Positions 52,301 through 64,000 of a DNA stretch of 64,000 nucleotides are shown piece by piece. Each line of letters opens with the position of its first letter. Positions within the stretch are counted from its first letter, which is position 1. The stretch is from positions 1 through 64,000 of the forward strand of contig JAPDFW010000023.1 in the NCBI GenBank assembly GCA_028826165.1, in the 5' to 3' direction. This DNA comes from Anaeramoeba ignava BMAN (taxonomy: Eukaryota > Protista > Anaeramoebae). The notes beneath the pieces were generated by a model. That model was not told where the DNA came from. It ran no database searches and saw nothing but the letters and a program-made list of their open reading frames with translations. The position numbers and the translations under genes are program-made.

Positions 52301-53960
52301 AATTATTTATTGATTTAATTGTAAATTGAATTATTTATTGATTTAATTGTAAATTGAATTATTTATTGATTTAATTGTAAATTGAATTTATTTATTGATT
52401 TAATTGTAAATTGAATTTATTTATTGATTTAATTGTAAATTGAATTTATTTATTAATTTAATTGTAAATTGAATTTATTTATTGATTTAATTGTAAATTG
52501 AATTGAATTTAATTGTAAATTGAATGTAATTTAATTGTAAATTGAATTAATTTAATTGTAAATTGAATTTATTTATTGATTTAATTGTAAATTGAATTTA
52601 TTTATTGATTTAATTGTAAATTGAATTTATTTATTGATTTAATTGTAAATTGAATTTAATTTATTTAATTTAATTGTAAATTGAATTATATTTAATTTAT
52701 TTAATTAATTTAATTGTAAATTGAATTTATTTTAATTGTCAAATTGAATTTGTTTAATTGTAAATTGAATTGTATTTAATTGTAAATTGAATTATATTTA
52801 ATTGTAAATTGAATTATTTATTTAATTGTAAATTGAATTATATTTAATTGTAAATTGAATTATATTTAATTGTAAATTGAATTATATTTAATTGTAAATT
52901 GAATTATATTTAATTGTAAATTGAATTATATTTAATTGTAAATTGAATTTATTTATTAATTTAATTGTAAATTGAATTTATTTAATTGTAAATTGAATTT
53001 ATTTAATAAATTTAATTAAATTTAATTGTAAATTTAATTGTAAATTTAATTGTAAATTTAATTGTAAATTTAATTGTAAATTTAATTGTAAATTTAATTG
53101 TAAATTTAATTGTAAATTTAATTGTAAATTTAATTGTAAATTTAATTGTAAATTTAATTGTAAATTTAATTGTAAATTGAATTTAGTAAATTTAATTGTA
53201 AATTTAATTGTAAATTTAATTGAATTTAATTTAAATTTAATTGTAAATTTAATTTTAATTTAATTGTAAATTGAATTGTAATTTAATTGAATTGTAATTT
53301 AATTGTAAATTGAATTTAATTTAATTGTAAATTGAATTGTAATTTAATTGTAAATTGAATTGTAATTTAATTGTAAATTGAATTGTAATTTAATTGTAAA
53401 TTGAATTTATTTAATTTAATTGTAAATTGAATTTAATTTATTTAATTTAATTGTAAATTGAATTATATTTATTTAATTTAATTGTAAATTGAATTTATTT
53501 ATTTAATTTAATTGTAAATTGAATTGAATTTATTTATTTAATTTAATTGTAAATTGAATTTATTTATTTAATTTAATTGTAAATTGAATTATTTATTTAA
53601 TTTAATTGTAAATTGAATTAATTTATTAATTTAATTGTAAATTGAATTTATTTAATTTAATTGTAAATTGAATTTATTTATTAATTTAATTGTAAATTGA
53701 ATTTATTTATTAATTTAATTGTAAATTGAATTTATTTATTAATTTAATTGTAAATTGAATTTATTTAATTTAATTTAATTGTAAATTGAATTTAATTGTA
53801 ATTTAATTGTAAATTGAATTATTTATTAATTTAATTGTAAATTGAATTATTTATTTAATTTAATTGTAAATTGAATTTATTTATTAATTTAATTGTAAAT
53901 TGAATTATTTATTTAATTTAATTGTGAATTGAATTTATTTAATTTAATTGTGAATTGAAT
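49370..53960. repeat. Longest 20-28-bp minisatellite array (core TTTAATTGTAAATTGAATT); others at ~33530-35150, 36910-37215, 40200-42985, 46495-47480, 59255-61640
   Basis: Directly visible constant core with short variable A/T linkers. Confidence 0.92.
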
Positions 53961-56900
53961 TCAAAATAAAAATAATAAGAAAAATCAAAATAAAAATCAG
54001 AAATGAATATTGATTGATTTTTTTTGTGTGTTTATTTATTATGTAAAGTTGATTTTAATCTAAATTGAAAATTTAAATGAATTCAAATCAAATTCAATTC
54101 AAATTAAATTCAAATTAAAATTAAATTCAATTCAAATTAAATTCAAATTAAATTGAAAATTAAATTCAAATTAAATTCAAATTAAATTCAATTCAAATCA
54201 AATTAAATTCAAATCAAATTAAATTCAAATTAAAAAATCAAATCAAATTCAAATTAAATTGAAAAATGAAAATCAAAATCAAATTGAAAATGAAAATGAA
54301 AATGAAAATAAATTATATTTAAAATAAATTAAATTGTAAATGAAATTAAAATGAAATTTTGAATAAAATAATAAATGAAAATAAATAAATAATTATTCTA
54401 AAAAATATAAAAAGAATTACAAAATAAAAATCAAATCCAAAAAAAAGAATATTTAATAAAATATATTTTTATTAATATATTTATTATTCTGATATTATAT
54501 TTATTAATATAATATTGATAATAAATTTGATTTCATTATTATATTAATTTTGAATATATATTTTGATTTAATATTTATTATTGAAAAATGTTTAAAATAT
54601 ATAAATTAGAATAAAATTTGATTTTTATTTTTGATTTATATTTATATAAATTGAAATTAAGTTGATAAAAAATATTATTTATTTTGATTTATACTTTTAA
54701 AAATTTATTTTTATTTTTTAAACATTTTACACTATATATATTTTGAATTAATATTTATTACATATTTATTAATTATATATTCATTATTTATATTTATATA
54801 ATATAATTAATATTCATTTTTATTTATTATTTTTCATTTCAAATTTATTTATTTTAATAATTAATAATAATAAATTTTGATTTATAATTAATTAATTAAT
54901 TAATTCTAATATTTTTATTTTATTAATAATTCAATTATTATTTTCAAAATTTATTTTTATTTTATTTTATTAATTTTATTTTTGATTTTTCAAAATTTAT
55001 TTACACACAAAAATAAAATGAAAATTAAATAAATTACAATTAAAAATATTTATTTATTTAATTTATAAAAATAAAATATGAATTAAATTGAAAACAAATT
55101 GAAAATGTAATTGAAAATTGAAATTAAATTATAAAAATGTAATTGAAATTAAAAATTTGAAAATGAAAAAGAAAATAAAGAAAAAAAAAAATAAAATTTG
55201 AAAATTTAATTAAAATTAAATTAAAATATAAAATTGAAATTGAAAATAAAAATGAAATTGAAAATGAAATTAAATTATATTTAAATTCAAATTCAAATTC
55301 AAATCAAATTAAATTCAAATCAAATTCAAATCAAATCCAAATTCAAATCAAATTAAATTCAAATCAAATCAAATTAAATTCAAATTAAATTCAAATTAAA
55401 TTCAAACAACTAAATCAAATTCAAATTCAAATTTATTTTCCAAAATTCAAATTAAAATTAAATTAAATCAAATAAAATTAAATTAAAATTAATATTAAAT
55501 TTCAAATCAAATTCAAATTAAAAATTTAAATTCAAATTAAATTCAAATTAAATTCAAATTAATAAATTCAAATTAAATTAAATTAAAATTAAATTAAATT
55601 CAAATTGAAAATTCAAAAATTAAATTAAAAATTCAAATCAAATTCAATTCAAATTAAATTCAAATTAAAATTAAATTCAATTCAAATTAAATTCAAATTA
55701 AATTGAAAATTAAATTAAAATTCAAATTAAATTCAAATCAAATTCAAATCAAATCAAATTCAAAATTAAATTAAATTCAAATTAAATCCAAATCAAATTC
55801 AAATTAAATTCAAATTCAAATTAAAATGAAATTGAAATGAAAATGAAATTGAAAATGAAATTAAATTATATTTAAAATAAATTAAATTGTAAATGAAATT
55901 AAAATGAAATTTTGAATAAAATAATAAATGAAAAGAAATAAATAATTATTCTAAAAAATATAAAAAGAATTACAAAATAAAAATCAAATCCAAAAAAAGA
56001 ATATTTAATAAAATATATTTTTATTAATATATTTATTATTCTGATATTATATTTATTATATTATTTATTAATATAATATTGATAATAAATTTGATTCCAT
56101 TATTATATTAATTTTGAATATATATTTTGATTTAATATTTATTATTGAAAAATGTTTAAAATATATAAATTAGAATAAAATTTGATTTTTTTATTTTTTT
56201 TGATTTATATTTATATAAATTGAAATTAAGTTGATAAAAAAATATTATTTATTTTGATTTATACTTTTAAAATTTATTTTTATTTTTAAACATTTTATAT
56301 TATATATATTTTGAATTGATATTTATTATTATATATTTATTAATTATATATTCATTCTTTATATTTATATAATATAATTAATATTCATTTTTATTTATTA
56401 TTTTTCATTTCAAATTTATTTATTTTAATAATTAATAATAATATATTTTCATTTATAATTAATTAATTAATTAATTCTAATATTTTTATTTTATTAATAA
56501 TTCAATTATTATTTTCAAAATTTATTTATTTATTTTATTAATTTTATTTTTGATTTTTCAAAATTCATTTACACACAAAATAAAATGAAAATAAAATAAA
56601 TTACAATTAAAAATATTTTATTTATTTAATTTATAAAATATAAATTGAAATTCATTGAAAAATGTAATTGAAAATGAAATTGAAAATTAAATTGAAAATC
56701 AAATTAAAATTAAATTGAAATTGAAAATGAAAATTAAAAAATTGAAAATTGAAAAATGTAATTGAAAATTAAAATTGAAAATGTAATTGAAAATGTAATT
56801 GAAAATGAACAATTGAAAATGTAATTGAAAAATGTAATTGAAAAAATGTAATTGAAAATGTAATTGAAAATGTAATTGAAAATGTAATTGAAAATGTAAT

Positions 56901-59900
56901 TGAAAATGTAATTGAAAAATGAAAAAAAGAAAAAAAAAAAATTAATTAAAAAAAATAATTAAATTAATTATTTATTAAAATTTTAAATTCAAATAAATTT
57001 AAATTTAAATTAAATTAAAATATTTTGAAAATTCAAATTAAAAAAATTCAAATTGAAATTAAATTAAATTAAAATTAAATTATTTTTAAATTAAATTTAA
57101 ATTAAAAATTAAATTAAATTTTTTTAAATTCATTTCAAAAAAAATCAAATTAAAATTAAAATTTAAATTATTATTTTTTAAATTAAATTTAAATTAAAAT
57201 TAAATTAAATTCAAATTTAAATTTAAAATTTGAAAATCAAATTTAAATCAAAATCAAAAATTAAATTAAAAAACAAAAAATTAAATTAAAATTAAATTAA
57301 ATTAAATTCAAATTCAAATTCAAATTCAATTTAAATTCAAATTTAAATTAAAATTCAAAATTTCAAATTAAATTAAATTTCAAAATCAATTTCAAATTCA
57401 AATTAAATTTCAAATTAAATTTAAATTTAAATAAATTAAAATTTTAAATTCAAAATTAATTCAAATTTTTAAATTCAAATTAAATTAAATTAAATTTTAA
57501 AAATCAAATTAATTTAAAATTTAAAATTAAATTTAAATTAAAATAAATTTTAAATTCAAATTCAAATTCAAATTCAAAATTAAAATTAAATTAAATTCAA
57601 ATTAAATTCAAATTAAATTAAATTGAAAATTCAAATCTAAATGAAAATCAAAATCGAAAATGAAAATGAAAATGAAATTAAATTATATTTAAAATAAATT
57701 AAATTGTAAATGAAATTAAAATGAAATTTTGAATAAAATAATAAATGAAAATAAATAAATAATTATTCTAAAAATATAAAAGAATTACAAAATAAAAATC
57801 AAATCCAAAAAGAATATTTAATAAAATATATTTTTATTAATATATTTATTATTCTTATATTATATGTATTATATTATTTATTAATATAATATTGATAATA
57901 AATTTGATTCCATTATTATATTAATTTTGAATATATATTTTGATTTAATATTTATTATTGAAAAATGTTTAAAATTTATAAATTAGAATAAAATTTGATT
58001 TTTTTTTTTATTTTTTTTTGGATTTATATTTATATAAATTGAAATAAAGTTGATAAAAATATTATTTATTTTGATTTATACTTTTAAAAATTTATTTTTA
58101 TTTTTAAACATTTTACATTATATATATTTTGAATTTAATATTTATTATTATATATTTATTAATTATATATTCATTTATATTTATATAATATAATTAATAT
58201 TCATTTTTATTTATTATTTTTCATTTCAAATTTATTTATTTTAATAATTAATAATAATAAATTTTGATTTATAATTAATTAATTAATTAATTAATTCTAA
58301 TATTTTTATTTTATTAATAATTCAATTATTATTTTCAAAATTTATTTTTTTATTTATTTTATTATTTTTTTTGATTTTTCAAAATTCATTTTACACACAC
58401 AAAATAAAATGAAAATAAAATAAATTACAATTAAAAATATTTTATTGATTAATTTATAAAATATATAAAATATGAATTAAATTGAATTAAAATTAAATTA
58501 AATTGAAAATTAAAATGAAAATAGAAATTAAATTGTAAAATGAAAATGAAATTGAAAATTAAATTAAATTAAATTGAAAATGAAATTGCAAAAAATAAAT
58601 AAATAAATAAATAAATAGAAGAAGAAGAAAAGAAGATAAAATATATATTATATTTTAAAAATTGATTATTAATTCTAAATTAATAAAAAACTAAATTAAA
58701 TTAAATTAAATTAAATTAAAATTAAAATAAATATTTATTTATAAATATTTTAATTTACAAAATACTAAAAATATATATATCAAATATAAAAATAAATTTC
58801 AAAATTAAAAACATAAATTAAAAATAAAAATAAAAAATAAATTAAATTATGAATAAATTATGAATAAATTATTATTAATCCCCTTATGCCCCTTCAACCC
58901 AACCCCATTTTAATTTCCTTTTTATTTCCTTTATAAATTAACTATAATTAAAATTGAATATAAATTTGAATTGAAATAAATGTAAATTAAATTGAATTAT
59001 GTTGTAAATTAATTCAAAACATACTTCAATTTTGTTATATAATTGAAGTAAAATACTTGTTTTATATTAAATCAAACAAAAAATATAATAAAATAGCTTA
59101 ATTCAATATAGATTTACTTTTTGTTCTGTTTTAATTCAAAATAAATAAAAATCAAAATAAATCAATGAAAATCAAATAAAATTGAAATAAAATTGAAAAA
59201 TAAGTGTTTGAACATAAATTCGTTTTGTTAATAAATAAATAAAATGAAAACAAAATGTAATTTAATTTGATTTAATTGTAAATTGAATTATTTATTGATT
59301 TAATTGTAAATTGAATTAATTTATTTAATTTAATTGTAAATTGAATTAATTATTTATTGATTTAATTGTAAATTGAATTATTTATTGATTTAATTGTAAA
59401 TTGAATTATTTATTGATTTAATTGTAAATTGAATTAATTATTTATTGATTTAATTGTAAATTGAATTAATTTATTTATTAATTTAATTGTAAATTGAATT
59501 TATTTATTGATTTAATTGTAAATTGAATTTATTTAATTTAATTGTAAATTGAATTTATTTAATTTAATTGTAAATTGAATTTATTTATTTAATTTAATTG
59601 TAAATTGAATTATTTATTAATTTAATTTAATTGTAAATTGAATTTATTTATTTAATTTAATTGTAAATTGAATTAATTTATTTAATTTAATTGTAAATTG
59701 AATTTATTGATTTAATTGTAAAATTGAATTATTTATTTAATTTAATTGTAAATTGAATTAATTTTATTTTAATTTAATTGTAAATTGAATTTATTTAATT
59801 TAATTGTAAATTGAATTATTTATTTAATTTAATTGTAAATTGAATTATTTATTTAATTTAATTGTAAATTGAATTATTTATTTAATTTAATTGTAAATTG

Positions 59901-62900
59901 AATTAATTTATTTAATTTAATTGTAAATTGAATTATTTATTTAATTTAATTGTAAAATTGAATTATTTATTTAATTTAATTGTAAATTGAAATTAATTTA
60001 TTTAATTTAATTGTAAATTGAATTAATTTATTTAATTTAATTGTAAATTGAATTATTTATTTAATTTAATTGTAAATTGAATTATTTATTTAATTTAATT
60101 GTAAATTGAATTGAATTTATTTAATTTAATTGTAAATTGAATTTATTTATTTAATTTAATTGTAAATTGAATTTATTTATTTAATTTAATTGTAAATTGA
60201 ATTAATTTATTTAATTTAATTGTAAATTGAATTTATTTATTTAATTTAATTGTAAATTGAATTTAATTTAATTGTAAATTGAAATTTAATTAAATTGAAA
60301 AATTGAATTTAATTTTTAATTGTAAATTGAATTGTAATTTAATTGTAAATTGAATTTAATTTAATTGTAAATTGAATTGTAATTTAATTTAATTGTAAAT
60401 TGAATTGTAATTTAATTTAATTGTAAATTGAATTTAATTTAATTGTAAATTGAATGTAATTTAATTGTAAATTGAATGTAAATTAAATTTTTTTAATTTA
60501 ATTGTAAATTGAATTTAATTTAATTTTAAATTGAATTTATTATTTAATTTAAAATTGAATTTAATTTAATTTAATTTAAATTGAATTATTTATTTAATTT
60601 AATTGTAAATTGAATTTATTTATTTAATTTAATTGTAAATTGAATTTATTTAAATTTATTTAATTTTAATTGTAAATTGAATTTATTTAATTTAATTGTA
60701 AATTGAATTTATTTAATTTAATTTAATTATAAATTGAATTTAAAATTTTATTTATTTAATTTAATTGTAAATTGAATTTAATTTATTTAATTTAATTGTA
60801 AATTGAAATTGAATTTATTTATTTTAATTTAATTGTAAATTGAATTTATTTATTTAATTTAATTGTAAAATTGAATTTAATTGAATTTAATTTATTTGTA
60901 AATTGAATTTATTGAATTTTATTTAATTTAATTGTAAATTGAATTTATTTATTTAATTTAATTTAAATTGAATTTATTTATTTAATTTAATTGTAAATTG
61001 AAATTTAATTTATTTAATTAAATTTTATTTAATTTAAATTAAATTGAATTTATTTAATTTATTTTTAATTTTGATTTTATTTATTTTAATTGTAAATTGA
61101 ATTAATTTATTTAATTTAATTGTAAATTGAATTTATTTATTTAATTTAATTGTAAATTGAATTTATTTAATTTAATTGTAAATTGAATTTATTTATTTAA
61201 TTTAAATTGTAAATTGAATTATTTATTTATTTAATTTAATTGTAAAATTGAATTTATTTAATTTAATTGTAAATTGAATTTATTTAATTTAATTTTAATT
61301 AAAATTTGAATTTAATTTATTTAATTATAATTTTAAATTGAAATTGAAATTAATTTAATTTAATTTAAATTTGAATTTAATTTATTTAATTTAATTGTAA
61401 ATTGAATTTAATTTATTTAATTTAATTGTAATTGAATTAATTTAAAAATAAAATAAAATTGAAATTTATTTAATTTAATTGAAAAAATTTAATTTTTTAA
61501 ATTGAATTATTTAATTTAATTGTAAATTGAATTTATTTAATTTAAAAAAAATTGAATTTTTTATTGAAATTGAAAATTTAAATTAAATCAAATTATTTTA
61601 AATTTCAAATTGAAAATCAAAAATTTATTTAATTTAATTGTAAATTAAAATTAAATTAAATTAAATTAAATTGAAAAATTAAAATTCAAATTTAAATTGA
61701 ATTATTTAAATTTAAAAATCAAAATTCAAATTCAAATTCAAATTAAAATCAAATTTAATTTTTAAATTCAAATTAATAAAAAATTAAAAAATTTAAATTC
61801 AAATTCAAATCAAAAAGAAAATTCAAAATAAAAATCAGAAATTAAATTCAAATCAAAATTGTGTGTTCAAATTCAAATTCAAATCAAATTCAAATTAAAT
61901 TGAAAATTCAAATTCAAATCAAATTAAATTCAAATTCAAATTCAAATTCAAATTTAAATTTAAATTAAATTGAAATCAAAATCAAATTAAATTCAAATTC
62001 AAATTAAATCAAAATTAAATTCAAATCAAATTCAAATGAAATGAAATTAAATTATATTTAAAATAAATTAAATTGTAAATGAAATTAAAATGAAATTTTT
62101 GAATAAAATAATAAATGAAAATAAATAAATAATTATTCTAAAAATATAAAAAGAATTACAAAATAAAAATCAAATCCAAAAAGAATATTTTAATAAAATA
62201 TATTTTTTTATTAATATATTTATTATTCTTATATTATATTTATTATATTATTTATTAATATAATATTGATAATAAATTTGATTCCATTATTATATTAATT
62301 TTGAATATATATTTTGATTTAATATTTATTATTGAAAAATGTTTAAAATATATAAATTAGAATAAATTTGATTTTTTTATTTTTTTGATTTATATTTATA
62401 TAAATTGAAATAAAGTTGATAAAAAAATATTATTTATTTTTGATTTATACTTTTAAAAATTTATTTTTATTTTTAAACATTTTACATTATATATATTTTG
62501 AATTGATATTTATTATTATATATTTATTAATTATATATTCATTCATTATATTTATATAATATAATTAATATTCATTTTTATTTATTATTTTTCATTTCAA
62601 ATTTATTTATTTTAATAATTAATAATAATAAATTTTCATTTATAATTAATTAATTAATTAATTCTAATATTTTTTATTTTATTAATAATTCAATTATTAT
62701 TTTCAAAATTTATTTTTATTTTATTAATTTTATTTTTGATTTTTCAAAATTCATTTACACAAAATAAAATAAAAATGAAAATAAAATAAATTACAATTAA
62801 AAATATTTATTAAATTGTTTATAAAATATAAAATGAAATTGAATGAAAATAAAATTAAATTAAATTTTAAGTTGAAAATTGAATATAATTGAATTAATAT

Positions 62901-64000
62901 TAATATTAATTATTATTTAATATTTTATAGATTGATTATTTTTTGAAATGAAAATTAAATTATTATTTATAAATATTATTTATATTTTTGATAAAAAGAA
63001 TAATAAAATAATAAAATAATAAAATAATAAAGAAATAAAAATAATTAAAACAATTATCAATTTTATATTTATTTTTCTCCTTTTATTTTTATATTTTCTC
63101 CATTTCAAAAATAATTTTTATCTTTTTTTATTTTTTTTTAAAAATACTTTTTATCTTTTCTATTTTTCTCCTTTTTAATTTATAATTTTATTTTTCCATT
63201 TCAAAAATACTTTTTATTTTTAAAAATAATTTTTATCTTTAAAAAAATACTTTTTATTAAATTCTATTTAATTCCTTTTTAATTTATAATTTTATTTTCT
63301 CCATTCAAAAATACTTTTATCTTTTATTAAATTAAATTAAATTAAATTAAATTAAATTAAATTAAATTAAATTAAATTAAATTAAATTAAAATTAAACAA
63401 CTTTTAATTGTATTTTTGATTAATTTAAATTTAAAATATCTTTTATTTATTTATTTATTTTTGTTACAAAAATTTTCAATAAATTAATTTAAAATGAGAT
63501 GAATAAATAAATAAAATAAATCAAATAAATAAATCAAATAAAAATGAATAGATATATAAATAGTTATTAATAATAATAATGAATATAAATAGAATATTTA
63601 TTTAATATTAATTAATTATTAATTTTATTTAATTTCATTTATTTTATAATTCAAATTGAAAATCAAATTGAAAAAAATGAAATTGAAAATGAAATTAAAT
63701 TATATTTAAAATAAATTAAATTGTAAATGAAATTAAAATGAAATTTTGAATAAAATAATAAATGAAAATAAATAAATAATTATTCTAAAAATATAAAAAG
63801 AATTACAAAATAAAAATCAAATCCAAAAAGAATATTTAATAAAATATATTTTTATTAATATATTTATTATTCTGATATTATATTTATTATATTATTTATT
63901 AATATAATATTGATAATAAATTTGATTCCATTATTATATTAATTTTGAATATATATTTTGATTTAATATTTATTATTGAAAAATGTTTAAAATATATAAA

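Larger units (their letters stand above)
31930..64000. repeat. Modular macrosatellite / higher-order repeat, about 12 units, continuing past the window end
   Basis: A ~700-bp block A starts near 31960, 35380, 37815, 39355, 43380, 44900, 47780, 54310, 55860, 57680, 62045, 63695. It is interleaved with a C-box block, arrays of TTTAATTGTAAATTGAATT(W)n, (AAATTC)n tracts and an alternative ctccatttcaaaaatac block. Confidence 0.93.

Noticed and set aside
40200-61640. CRISPR-like constant repeat with variable spacers
   Set aside because: Linkers are only a few A/T bases and not unique, there are no cas genes, and the context is eukaryotic; this is a minisatellite.

Overview
This is an extremely AT-rich (roughly 90% or more) eukaryotic, protist-like genomic window with three zones. 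(1) About 1.6-13.7 kb: a minus-strand, intron-rich gene for a coiled-coil + ankyrin-repeat protein that the ORF track mostly misses. It appears to include a series of single-codon (3-nt) microexons flanked by AG/GT. Three of them (E, Y, R) supply exactly the residues needed to restore ankyrin spacing across a 5-kb intron. (2) About 7-24 kb: transposable elements. These are a single-ORF APE-RT LINE with an RRM-like N-terminus, interrupted near its 3' end by an internally deleted PIF/Harbinger-superfamily DNA transposon; a full-length but heavily AT-eroded relative of that LINE inside the host gene intron; and a probable second decayed RT element. (3) About 24-64 kb: non-coding repeats. An isolated GC/CpG-rich island forms a ~150-nt two-eared hairpin with a nearby possible pseudoknot, lying between diverged direct repeats. 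It is followed by a 12-bp satellite, a ~170-bp satellite and a 32-kb modular macrosatellite carrying a conserved four-tract G-quadruplex/i-motif box, consistent with centromeric or subtelomeric DNA. All alignments and structures were read by eye; nothing was database-searched.
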